The translations under genes were made by a program, and so were the position numbers. From Candidatus Heimdallarchaeota archaeon (GTDB lineage: Archaea; Asgardarchaeota; Wukongarchaeia; Wukongarchaeales; JBHIFL01): a stretch of DNA of 19,002 nucleotides. Every line of letters begins with the position of its first letter. Within the stretch, counting starts at the first letter, position 1. Below are positions 1 through 8,847 of the stretch, piece after piece. The notes below the pieces were generated by a model. That model was not told the DNA's origin, did not search any database, and saw nothing but the letters and a program-made list of their open reading frames with translations. The DNA is taken from positions 1 to 19,002 of the forward strand of contig JBHIFL010000076.1 of assembly GCA_046761065.1 (NCBI GenBank), given 5' to 3'.

Positions 1-341
1 AAAATATCGCTATAGATGCGTTCCCACGGTTCAACTTTTAGGGCAACAAGCTATTGTACAATCGCAGGCCCCCAAGACCAAAGTTCGGTTCACTTGGCTG
101 CCCTCGAGATTGATGGCGTACCCATTCGAGAGGGTACGAATGTACATCCCCCATGGGTGGGTGGTCAATCCCCCAAGAACCGAAAGCAATCTCAGATACG
201 TTCGGACGTTGCTGCGGGACTCTGCGGTGGAGGGTCAGTTGCAGGGCTGGCCTACAGATATAGACGATTCTAGGCTCCGCCCTCCCCCCTTTTTCCTTTT
301 TTTCTTATCAATCCTAAACAAGGTGATTTAGTTCTTCTCGA

Positions 342-923
342 TTATTTTCGCTTTAATTGTTCCATAAACGATGCAAAGTCAACCTGTTCTTTTTCTTTAG
401 TTATAGATAAGGTGTCGTCAGGTTGCAATACTGAAACTCCACAAATGTTTGCTAAAACCGCAATAAAAACCACTTTATCGGGATTTTCAAGTTGTACCTT
501 TCTGTTAATATCTGCCGCCGCAGCTTCTATAATATTTTCTCGCGGAGTTTCAGTAAAACGCCGTTCAAGGGTGATCCGAAAGGTTTCATCCCGCTTAATA
601 TATTGCTCTGTAAGGCCTTGGCACACGGTTCGCAGTCGTTCAAGATCCAAGGGGAAGGTTTGCATGATCGGGCGGATCTTCAAGAGGTGCTCATAGTGAA
701 ATTCTCGAACCCGAATCAACTTCCGAATGCGAGCAATCACCTTGAAGGGATCAAGTTTGGTCTGAGCTACGATGAGTCCAGAAATGTAAGTCTTGTCTAT
801 GTTGGGAGTTTCATCCCCCAATACTTCGAGTAGCGCTTTCAGGGCACCACAAGCGGGTGTTTCAAACCTTCTGTTGACAGAAACGAATAAATTGAACTCG
901 CGGAGCAGTTTACATCCCCACAC
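342..923 (-). CDS. THUMP-domain RNA-binding protein (Tan1/THUMPD1-like, tRNA modification adaptor)
   Basis: N-terminal FNLFVS..RRFE, ISGLIV..TKLDP, and the C-terminal THUMP signature TFRITLERR...IIEAAA..INRKVQLENPDKVVFIAVL..ICGVSVL. Exact start codon uncertain. Confidence 0.85.
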   Translation of the reverse strand: MWGCKLLREFNLFVSVNRRFETPACGALKALLEVLGDETPNIDKTYISGLIVAQTKLDPFKVIARIRKLIRVREFHYEHLLKIRPIMQTFPLDLERLRTVCQGLTEQYIKRDETFRITLERRFTETPRENIIEAAAADINRKVQLENPDKVVFIAVLANICGVSVLQPDDTLSITKEKEQVDFASFMEQLKRK

Positions 924-1180
924 AGTTTGTCCTACAAATGGAATATAATTAAAATTTGATTCTCTAAACCTACCAATGAAAACAAATCAATATAAATCCA
1001 GCCTTCTGATAACGATCAAGGATCAAATAAGAGCAGCCTCTGAAGAGAGGAATTATCACACTCACAATGCTATCGTGTTTGGGTGAATACCGGGTCACAA
1101 ACTTGAATTCATCAGACTTGCTGTAATAATAGTGTTTGATTGCATCTGAAATCCGATTGGTGAGTGGAGGAACGAAAAGC

Positions 1181-1900
1181 GTGGGACTTAAGGAGATCGA
1201 CCGAAAAATAAGAAAACGTGCAAAAATGAAAGAACTCAAAGCAAAAATGTTGGTAGACGAGTTAAAACTGATGGCAGAGAACACAAAGAGCCTTATTGAA
1301 CAAATGGAAGCTCTTGAGAAGAAGTGGGAGAAAGAGATAAAGCAATCACCTGAACTCGCCCAACAGATCTCGAAGGTGCGAGCACAGCTTGGACTTCCCG
1401 AAAGAGCGGGGGTATTCAAAAGAAAGGTTGCACCTGGAATTATGGAGCGTCTAACTGGGCATGGTTCATATTTTGCGCAATTAGGTATCGAAATTTTAGA
1501 AATTGCAAAAGAAAAAAAGGAAGAGACCGGGGGTCTGATCTCATTCGCTGAACTTATCCTCTTGATTAATAAACGGAATCCCGGATGGGTCTTCGCTCCC
1601 CGTGATGTGATTCGAGCAGTTGAACTCCTCGAGAAGGAAAAGTTGATCCCTGGAATTAGAACCTTGCCTTCACAGATGAAAATGATAGAATTTTTCCCTG
1701 TTTCTCTGACAGACGACGAACAGCACGTCCTTAATCTCGCATCCAAGGCAGGTTGGATCACTTTGGAAGAGTTAATCACCCACGGATGGAGTAAAGAACG
1801 CGCTAAACGTGCCCTGAACTCATTACAAGCTAGTGGGATTGCACGCGAAGATAAAACGTACGCAGAAGGAATACGTTACTTCTTTCCAGGATTTGGATGA
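1181..1900 (+). CDS. vps22: ESCRT-II subunit Vps22/SNF8 (EAP30 / Vps22-Vps36 family), tandem winged-helix
   Basis: Colinear resemblance to eukaryotic SNF8: KWEKEIKQSPEL, YFAQLGIEILEI...TGGLISFAEL, DVIRAVELL, PVSLTDDEQHVLNLASKAGWITLEEL..GWSKERAKRALNSL..GIARED...YFFP. GTG start at 1181 chosen because GGAGG lies at 1166-1170 (the ORF track extends to 1136). Confidence 0.92.
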   Translation: MGLKEIDRKIRKRAKMKELKAKMLVDELKLMAENTKSLIEQMEALEKKWEKEIKQSPELAQQISKVRAQLGLPERAGVFKRKVAPGIMERLTGHGSYFAQLGIEILEIAKEKKEETGGLISFAELILLINKRNPGWVFAPRDVIRAVELLEKEKLIPGIRTLPSQMKMIEFFPVSLTDDEQHVLNLASKAGWITLEELITHGWSKERAKRALNSLQASGIAREDKTYAEGIRYFFPGFG

Positions 1901-2028
1901 TTGAAATGTGGATCGTGATAGTTACTCTCCCATTGGGGGCTCCTTGACCATAGAAGATGCTGTGTCATATGATTTGCTCCAAAACCCCATTATTAAGGAA
2001 TTGAGAACTCTCTAAAGGGACGTAAAGA

Positions 2029-3156
2029 ATGATTAAAGTTGCCTATTATATCTCTGACTACGGTTGGGGACATGCAGCGAGAAGTATTTGTATTATTGAG
2101 AAACTCTTGGAATACGAGCCCGAGTTAAGGGTAATAGTTTGTACGAAACAGCCCATGCCATTCCTTGAAGCCGCGTTGTCAAACATAATAGACATGAGTT
2201 ATGAGCAGGAGCAAGTTTCCTTTCATCCAATTCAGAACGATGTCGGCTTTGTCAGTCATGAGATTACAGGTCAAGTTGATTTAGTTGCGACTTGTCACAA
2301 AGTAAACCCTTGGGTTTATTCATGGAATGATTACTTACGTAGTGAGTACAAATTCCTGAAACGTCAGAAAGTTGACATGATCATTTCAGACATCCCTCCT
2401 CAACCGTTTCTCCTCGCAGAAAAACTCAAGTGCCCAGGTATCGCGATAACTAACTTTAGTTGGGTAGATCAATACCCTAAACATCATTTCCCTCAAGCAC
2501 TCCTTGAACGTTTACGGGAGGCCTATGCAAAAGCGACGTTGGCTTTTGTCCTCCCATTTAATTTTGAGCTAGAGGTCTTTCGATCTAGGGTACAAACTCC
2601 ATTGGTCGCTCGTAACCCCACCCGGACCCCCACTGAACTACGCCAGGAGCTAGGCATCGAATCCCACCAATTTCTTGTGTATATAGGAGTGGGACTCAGC
2701 GTCTCTAACCCATTTGTATTCGAAACAGTGGCGGCAGTAGTTGCAGCTAGGAAGGACGAAATTGTCTTTTTGGCATCTGGGAAAATGACCGCATCGCAAG
2801 AAAATGTGTATAAAGTGCCGCTCGATGATCCAAATGGTCAAGATTTTATAGCCTGTAGTGATCTTGCGCTACTTAAACCCGCGTATAGTTCAGTTGCGGA
2901 AGCAATCCGTTCCAAGACGCCTATTCTATCCTATAATATAGCTCAATCACGCGAGGGGTATCTCATTGAACATCAAATAATTACATTAGGATTTGCTCAA
3001 GCCATTTCGAGACGCGAATTTAATACTGGAGAGTGGATAAAGAAAATAGACATACAAGACGATTTACGGAAAAACTATGCCCAAATTCCTCCAAGGTTTC
3101 AACACCAGGGAGAAACCTTCGTAGCAGCACAAATCCTTAAGTTATTAGAGAATTGA
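2029..3156 (+). CDS. GT-B fold glycosyltransferase-like protein (MurG/MJ1255-related; resembles the N-terminal GT-like domain of plant L-arabinokinase)
   Basis: N-terminal YYISDYGWGHAARS, VDMIISDIPPQPFLLA, ITNFSW, and the nucleotide-sugar-binding-like segment DFIACSDLALLKPAYSSVAEAI. Confidence 0.75.
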   Translation: MIKVAYYISDYGWGHAARSICIIEKLLEYEPELRVIVCTKQPMPFLEAALSNIIDMSYEQEQVSFHPIQNDVGFVSHEITGQVDLVATCHKVNPWVYSWNDYLRSEYKFLKRQKVDMIISDIPPQPFLLAEKLKCPGIAITNFSWVDQYPKHHFPQALLERLREAYAKATLAFVLPFNFELEVFRSRVQTPLVARNPTRTPTELRQELGIESHQFLVYIGVGLSVSNPFVFETVAAVVAARKDEIVFLASGKMTASQENVYKVPLDDPNGQDFIACSDLALLKPAYSSVAEAIRSKTPILSYNIAQSREGYLIEHQIITLGFAQAISRREFNTGEWIKKIDIQDDLRKNYAQIPPRFQHQGETFVAAQILKLLEN

Positions 3157-3233
3157 ACGGTCTTTACGGACTTCTTTGGGTCTTCAGCGGATTTTTTAAG
3201 CCCCGAATTGTCTGTTTATGGGTAAAATTGCTT

Positions 3234-3953
3234 CTAGAAGTGAAATAATACTGTTATCTCACCTTTTCCTACCCATTCCGCGAGGTTGCGTGTCACCAGC
3301 CGTCTCAAAATCTCCTGGAGCTCCTCTTGGGGGAGGGAACTCCAAATCTCGCAAGCATTGGCCAGTTCAAAGAGGGAAACTAACTCTCGTCCCGTTTGAA
3401 GTGCCCATTCATAGATGATTTCGCTCCATTCTTCTAGCACTTTCCAGTATATTCGAAGGCGAGTTTTTCTTTCATCCCACCACGCCCCAAAATCCCGGTC
3501 GATAAGGTTCTGCCCAACTAGTTGCATCTGGTCCATACTCAGCTTCTTCTTGATTAGACGATTGGAAAACGGAAACTCCTTTCGGATCTCGAGCAGATTC
3601 AGAATATGGGCTGCTTTGAATTCTGCAAATTCGAGCAAGAAATCCCCCCAAGCAGAACCCCAACTCTGGAGCTGAGCTTGATCTGTTGGAGTCACATACA
3701 TCCATGGCTTTTCCACCCAACTGGGGAGGATGTCTTGCAGCCTTGCGACTTTTAGGGCTTTCTTTTCTACCTCGACTGGTCTCAATTCGATTTTAAGACG
3801 CTCAAGGTCTCTTTCTAGTGCCGTGAGTTGTGTATCTATAACAGGTTCCGTCTTTCCACGGTCCTGCATTTCAGATACAGAACCATTGTTTGCATGTATT
3901 TTCGGCTCATGCTTTTTCTCTTTTTCTGGCTGCTTCCGTCCTTTTACTGTCAT
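3234..3953 (-). CDS. vps25: ESCRT-II subunit Vps25 with N-terminal charged/coiled-coil extension
   Basis: PSWVEKPWMYVTP (PPxY-like Vps22/36-binding segment), QLQSWGSAWGDFLLEF, PFSNRLIKKKLS, AWWDERKTRLRIYWKVLEEWSEIIYEW, SLFEL match Vps25. GAGGGGG ribosome-binding site upstream of ATG 3953. Confidence 0.92.
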   Translation of the reverse strand: MTVKGRKQPEKEKKHEPKIHANNGSVSEMQDRGKTEPVIDTQLTALERDLERLKIELRPVEVEKKALKVARLQDILPSWVEKPWMYVTPTDQAQLQSWGSAWGDFLLEFAEFKAAHILNLLEIRKEFPFSNRLIKKKLSMDQMQLVGQNLIDRDFGAWWDERKTRLRIYWKVLEEWSEIIYEWALQTGRELVSLFELANACEIWSSLPQEELQEILRRLVTRNLAEWVGKGEITVLFHF

Positions 3954-3975
3954 GAGACCCCCCTCGGTTGATAAT

Positions 3976-5136
3976 TCATTCCACGGCGAATTGTTTTTGC
4001 CAGTCTTCGTAGGAAATTAGTTCTTGCGGACTTACACTAGGCTTGATCCTTTGGAGTGAGGTTAAAAAATCCTGCTTTGTGACTGGCCTGACTTTTGAAG
4101 TTGCATCTTTAAGGAGATCACTCTCATCAAGTTCTCGTAAGGGTACCATGATCGCTTCTCGACAAATTAATGCAATATCAGCACCTGAAAAGCCTACAGT
4201 CCATTCGGCTAATTGATCAAAATCTACAGAGTCATTTATTTCGACTCCTTTTGTGTGAATTCGAAAGACCGCTGCCCTCGCCTCTTTTTCCGGTAGCGGC
4301 ACGTAGACGCGCTTCTCAAAGCGACGACGCATGGCAATATCTAACTGCTGAGGCAAGTTTGTCGCACCAATAATTACTAACCGATCCGTTTTTTTGCTGA
4401 GAATTCCATCAACCGCTTGCATCAGTTGTGTCTTCACACGCCGCACCGAATCATGTTCGTTTGTTCCTCTTGCTCCTGTCAGCGCATCTACTTCGTCGAA
4501 AAACACAATAGAGGGTTGTTTCTCACGAGCCTGATCAAAGAGGGTCTTGACAAGCCTTTCGGACTCCCCCAACCATTTACTCATGATGGAGGCCGCACTA
4601 ACATTGAAAAATGTGGCTTCACATTCGCTTGCCACTGCTTTCGCCAATAAGGTCTTCCCACAGCCAGGAGGCCCAAAGAGTAAGATCCCCTTCCAAGGGG
4701 TCCTAGCTCCTTGGAAAAGGTCAGGACGCATTATGGGCCAGATAATCGCTTCCCTCAACGCTTGTTTTGCTGTCTGAAGGTTTGCAACATCTTCCCACTT
4801 GATTTCAGGTTTCTCGGTGATAATCGTGTCTGCAATCGCTTGTTCTAATCCCCCAACTTCCTCGTCTTCTTCCCCCTTCGCTTCACCTCGTCCGCGAGAA
4901 ACTGTACGTGTTGGACGCTTTTGCAGGTCTTTGACCCGGGAGATATATTCCTTGGCCTTATTGTAATACATCTGTTTCAAATCAGGGTTGTCTGTGAAGT
5001 TGATCATCTTCTGTAGGATTTCAATAGCTCGTACATAATGGATAATGGCCTCTTTACGTTTCCCTGCCCGATCAGCTTGGACTGCTCGGCGGGCATATAT
5101 ACTTACGTACTCATAGAGTTTCCCTGTAGAACTCAT
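3976..5136 (-). CDS. vps4: Vps4 AAA+ ATPase with N-terminal MIT domain
   Basis: MIT helices (ARRAVQADRAGKRKEAIIHYVRAIEIL...KAKEYISRVKDL), KPEIKWEDVANL..AKQALREAII.P, PWKGILLFGPPGCGKT (Walker A), SKWLGESERLVK, FFDEVD (Walker B), GATNLP..LD.AMRRRFEKR, and the Vps4_C tail KPSVSPQELISYEDW. Likely start ATG 5136 (track 5145 GTG). Probably co-transcribed with vps25 (22-bp gap). Confidence 0.95.
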   Translation of the reverse strand: MSSTGKLYEYVSIYARRAVQADRAGKRKEAIIHYVRAIEILQKMINFTDNPDLKQMYYNKAKEYISRVKDLQKRPTRTVSRGRGEAKGEEDEEVGGLEQAIADTIITEKPEIKWEDVANLQTAKQALREAIIWPIMRPDLFQGARTPWKGILLFGPPGCGKTLLAKAVASECEATFFNVSAASIMSKWLGESERLVKTLFDQAREKQPSIVFFDEVDALTGARGTNEHDSVRRVKTQLMQAVDGILSKKTDRLVIIGATNLPQQLDIAMRRRFEKRVYVPLPEKEARAAVFRIHTKGVEINDSVDFDQLAEWTVGFSGADIALICREAIMVPLRELDESDLLKDATSKVRPVTKQDFLTSLQRIKPSVSPQELISYEDWQKQFAVE

Positions 5137-5343
5137 GCACCGCACCTACTCTAGTTGTTCCAGTTTAGCTAAAAAAACATTTGCTAAGGATGCCCGATCA
5201 ACCAGTTTGACGACCGAATAGGACAACATGAGCCCATAATCACTACTTACTTAGGCGAATTCTGTAGATCAGAAGATTCGATCTTTGAAATGCTCTCTCA
5301 TTATATCCAAGACGCATGAAATGCTTCTGTATGAACAATTGGG

Positions 5344-5350
5344 TTTATAA
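5344..5350 (+). promoter_or_regulatory. Candidate archaeal TATA box in the divergent vps4 / ESCRT-III intergenic region
   Basis: TTTATAA about 110 nt upstream of the ESCRT-III ATG at 5459, which has a strong AGGAGG ribosome-binding site. Short motif only. Confidence 0.35.
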
Positions 5351-5458
5351 GTTACATCATCCCTCTACTTCTTGATGAATTAATTGTGGTTTATGGGAGT
5401 CTACGAGTTTGAGATTAATAGATTCTTTGATGCCATTAATTTAAGGAGGTCTCTCTAG

Positions 5459-6067
5459 ATGGCATTTGGAAAATTCTTGGATTGGCTCAGAGGTGGACGA
5501 AGCCCACGTCAAATGATTGTTCGATTAAAAATGATTAGCCGCCGAATGGATCGCCAACACCGCAAGTTACGGAATAATGAAACGAAACTAAAGAATGAAC
5601 TGCGCCAGTCTGTAACAAAAGGCGATATGGAAGCGGCTAGACTATATGCGGGGGATGTGGTCCGATCCCGGAAGATGGCCTTAGGGTGTCAACGCTTGAG
5701 TTCACGAATTAACACAATTGTCTTCAAACTCGAGCAAGCCCAAGCCACTGAAGAGATTGCTCGGGACCTCCACAGTTTGGTTGGCGCCTTAGTTATGATT
5801 AATCAAACCCTTCAGATCCCCCAACTCACTGAAACCCTCGAACAGATGGAAATTGAGATGGGGGAAATCGATGTATCATCAGAAACAATTGGAGAGTCCT
5901 TTGAAGGCTTAATGGAAGCCGAGGTGGAACAAAGCGAAATTGACAAAGTTCTGGGGGAGGTCTTGACCGAGGAAGAGATTGCTGCGGCACATGGCCTCCC
6001 AACCCCGGATGTGAAAGCCACAGAGATCGCGAAAGAATTGGAAAAGCTGAAGAAAGGGGAGGATTAG
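5459..6067 (+). CDS. ESCRT-III subunit, Vps2/Vps24/Vps46 (CHMP1-like) class
   Basis: N-terminal amphipathic helix MAFGKFLDWLRG; basic hairpin with KGDMEAARLYAGDVVRSRK...RLSSRINTIVFKL (CHMP1/Did2-like); acidic C-terminal half; terminal MIM1-like helix EIAKELEKLKK. Confidence 0.92.
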   Translation: MAFGKFLDWLRGGRSPRQMIVRLKMISRRMDRQHRKLRNNETKLKNELRQSVTKGDMEAARLYAGDVVRSRKMALGCQRLSSRINTIVFKLEQAQATEEIARDLHSLVGALVMINQTLQIPQLTETLEQMEIEMGEIDVSSETIGESFEGLMEAEVEQSEIDKVLGEVLTEEEIAAAHGLPTPDVKATEIAKELEKLKKGED

Positions 6068-6091
6068 CAGGGCGAAAAGGAGGGCATAACA

Positions 6092-8758
6092 GTGGAGGCG
6101 TCTCATTTGGAACTGGGCCGCCCCCTCACTGATGGAGTCAGAGCCGCTCTTTCAGTAGTCAAGCGGACCCAGCCTAAAACACCATTAGAATTCTTGGATT
6201 TTGCAGTCCTTCAGCGGATGCTAGCTGAGATCTTACAGGATCCAGCTTGGAAGCAAGAAGCTGTCGCCTCTTTAGAAAAGGTTCTTCCCTCTCAAAAAGA
6301 AGATGGGGCCTTCATATATTCAGACCAAGTCCCCCATGAGGAGATGACCCTCCAAGCTGTCGAACGTCTTATGTTACTCTCAAGGTTTGAGGAACTCGTT
6401 AAAGAACCTATACAGAAGGCATTGCATTTCCTTGCCTCCTCGGCGGATAACCGTCTTTCCAAGCTTGCAAAGGCATATTTAGCACTCCTTGACCAAGAAT
6501 CCCCCTACTCACCACTCAAAGAGGCAATTCAGGGATTGAAAAGAGAAGAAGCCGTCAACGTTCTGACAATCCTTCATGTTGCTTCGAAGGATCCCGCCTA
6601 CTTAACTGAAGCACGCACTCTTCTTAATGGAACCAAAGAGGACACCCAATCCCTCCTTGAGATTCTCGTTTGGAAAAATTCTGGATATTCTGTCGACTTC
6701 TACCCCAAAGAATTATCAACCCGAATGAGACTTGCCCGCTCTTTAGCTTTAGACGCCCCTCCCTTTGAATTGGCAGGGGTGTTGGGCTATGTCATGGGAG
6801 AACAACACCGGGGGTTCGCTGCAAGTGTTACCTCCGCCCTTGGTGATTTTTCACCTTTTATTGATGAGAAAATCGATCCAACTCATTCGATCACAGGAGA
6901 TTCCATTGTCCTAGGCGCCCGAGGAGCAGTCCACCGAGAAGTTGATGGGCTGCTCTACTTAGGGCGAGTAACGGAACATGCCCCCGAAGAGGATAAATTT
7001 GGCTACGCCATTCAAGTGGACGCGACCTTTCCTCATGTGATCTTGATCGCCGGCATGCGCGGGAGTGGGAAATCATACACGCTCGGGGTTCTTGCTGAGG
7101 AACTGGCCCGAACAGATATTGGGATCGGCGTCATCATTGTGGATCCTCTCGGGGTTTTCTGGAGTATGAAACTCCCCAATTCAGACGCTGGGGAACGGAA
7201 ACTTATCGAAAAATGGCACCTTGTTCCAAAAGGCCATCCCGAGAAGGTCAGAGTCTTCATCCCCCTTGGTTATTATGACGATTACCCCGAAGAGAGCAAA
7301 GACGCCCCCTTTGCTATCGCCCCTACCGAATTAGAAGCTGGCGATTGGGCGTTCATGTTTAAAATTGATTTACAATCCCCCATGGGGTTGTTACTCCGGC
7401 AAGCTGTCGAACGGGTGCAGAAAGGGTATCAATCCGCCCGAGAAGGGACGACCATCCTGGTCCCAGGAAAAGGTGAAAAGTACACGATCCGGGACCTGAT
7501 CGAATGCATCTCAACCGATGTCGATCTGATCTCCAAGGAGCGGGGCTTTGCAAAAGCGACTCGCCGGGCCCTGGTTTCCCGGTTTATGCAGGTCCAGTCT
7601 TGGGGCCTGTTCAGCAGTGACCAAGCTACCCCCATCCATGAACTCTCCAAGCCAGGCCAGGTCTCCGTCATCGACGTTTCCTTCCTCTCCACGGTCGAGC
7701 CCGGCAGCGTTGCTTTAGTTGTGGGCCTCCTTGCCCGCCGGATCCTGCAAGAGCGCATTCGCATTGGACGTGCCGAAGAATCGGCTTACCTAACTGGAAC
7801 AACCCCGGTGGTGGACGCTTCCGCTCCTCCGATCCCTATCACCTGGGTGATGGTCGATGAAGCCCACATGCTGGTCCCAGAGGGAGAAAGGACCGCAGCT
7901 TCACAGCCGTTGATCGAGTTCGCGAAGCAGGGCCGAAAACCCGGCTGTGGGTTGATCCTAGCAACCCAGCGACCAGCTGCAACGAGTGACCAGGTGCTTT
8001 CGCAAGTGGATCTGGTCTTGTGCCATGCCCTCGTCTTAGAGGACGACCTCCGTGCGCTGTTGAAGCGGACGCCAGCGAAGTTACCCCAAGAGTTCAAGTC
8101 ACCAGATTTCATTCGAACGCTACCCGTCGGTGCGGCAATCGTTGCGGATCAAAGGACCCCGCTCAGGAGTCTGGTGGCACGAACGCGCCCGAGAACAAGT
8201 TCCCATGCAGGGAAAGCGGCGATCCCAAGTAAAATAATGCGAGCGGCGCCGGTTCCTGCCGTAGAACCCGTGCTAATTGAACAAAAACAGTGGGAGGAAA
8301 AAAAGGAGATACCAATGGACACGACTGCAGAATCGGTAGAAGTCCAGCCCTCTACTTTGACGGAGGCTCCCTCTATCGAACCTGAACTGATGGCAGGTTT
8401 GCCACCTACAACAGTGCTTCCTCCCGCAGTAATCCAAGGGTATCTTTCACGCAAACTCCTGTATGGATTTAAGGACTTCTTCTTTCCCCCTTCACGAGCT
8501 CACCGAACCACTGAGACGGGATTTATCGCCTTAGAAAAAGATCAGTGGCAGGCAGTTCAAGATGTTATTCGCAGTGAAGGGTGGGGCCTCAAATCCTCCA
8601 TGGAGCAGGAGGACATTGCGATTCAGTTATGGGAAACACTTAGAGGCAGATTGGGATTTGCGACAATCCAATCAGATGGAAGAGTTCAAGCGGTTTGGGC
8701 ATATGTCGGGACAGACTCTGCAGAGATTGCATTCCTCGAAGAATATAACAACCCCTGA
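6092..8758 (+). CDS. HerA/FtsK-superfamily (DUF87-type) P-loop ATPase, 888 aa, with N- and C-terminal accessory domains
   Basis: PHVILIAGMRGSGKSYTLGVLAEE (Walker A, 7052-7075), IIVDPLG, WVMVDEAH (Walker B), QGRKPGCGLILATQRPA (Arg finger and Q motif), DQVLSQ, RTLPVGAAIV. 24-bp gap from the upstream ESCRT-III gene; GGAGG upstream of the GTG start. Confidence 0.88.
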   Translation: MEASHLELGRPLTDGVRAALSVVKRTQPKTPLEFLDFAVLQRMLAEILQDPAWKQEAVASLEKVLPSQKEDGAFIYSDQVPHEEMTLQAVERLMLLSRFEELVKEPIQKALHFLASSADNRLSKLAKAYLALLDQESPYSPLKEAIQGLKREEAVNVLTILHVASKDPAYLTEARTLLNGTKEDTQSLLEILVWKNSGYSVDFYPKELSTRMRLARSLALDAPPFELAGVLGYVMGEQHRGFAASVTSALGDFSPFIDEKIDPTHSITGDSIVLGARGAVHREVDGLLYLGRVTEHAPEEDKFGYAIQVDATFPHVILIAGMRGSGKSYTLGVLAEELARTDIGIGVIIVDPLGVFWSMKLPNSDAGERKLIEKWHLVPKGHPEKVRVFIPLGYYDDYPEESKDAPFAIAPTELEAGDWAFMFKIDLQSPMGLLLRQAVERVQKGYQSAREGTTILVPGKGEKYTIRDLIECISTDVDLISKERGFAKATRRALVSRFMQVQSWGLFSSDQATPIHELSKPGQVSVIDVSFLSTVEPGSVALVVGLLARRILQERIRIGRAEESAYLTGTTPVVDASAPPIPITWVMVDEAHMLVPEGERTAASQPLIEFAKQGRKPGCGLILATQRPAATSDQVLSQVDLVLCHALVLEDDLRALLKRTPAKLPQEFKSPDFIRTLPVGAAIVADQRTPLRSLVARTRPRTSSHAGKAAIPSKIMRAAPVPAVEPVLIEQKQWEEKKEIPMDTTAESVEVQPSTLTEAPSIEPELMAGLPPTTVLPPAVIQGYLSRKLLYGFKDFFFPPSRAHRTTETGFIALEKDQWQAVQDVIRSEGWGLKSSMEQEDIAIQLWETLRGRLGFATIQSDGRVQAVWAYVGTDSAEIAFLEEYNNP

Positions 8759-8847
8759 GGGCGACTATAGCAGCTTCTTTGACCGACTTCAAAGGAAAGC
8801 CTAAAAAACGTTAAAAGGCAATTTACAAAAAAAAGGATGTAGCAATA

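Noticed and set aside
1-290. SRP RNA, RNase P RNA, tRNA or group I intron
   Set aside because: I found no SRP helix-8 CAGG..GRAA..AGCA, no RNase P GAGGAAAGUCC and no T-loop. AGATATAG (257-263) resembles a group I S element, but no matching P7 partner was seen.
970-1779. 269-aa minus-strand ORF, and the other track ORFs nested in or antisense to recognised genes (e.g. 16416-17024, 16843-17352, 7429-7764, 18479-18841)
   Set aside because: These are shadow frames of better-supported genes, with atypical Ser-rich composition and no motifs.
7400-8250. Visibly GC-richer stretch inside the ATPase gene as evidence of horizontal acquisition
   Set aside because: It was not quantified, the frame is continuous, and it coincides with the Ala/Pro/Arg/Gly-rich conserved core.
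6092-8758. Canonical HerA of the HerA-NurA-Mre11-Rad50 repair operon
   Set aside because: No partner genes are in the window, the N-terminus is helical rather than a HAS barrel, and there is an extra C-terminal domain.
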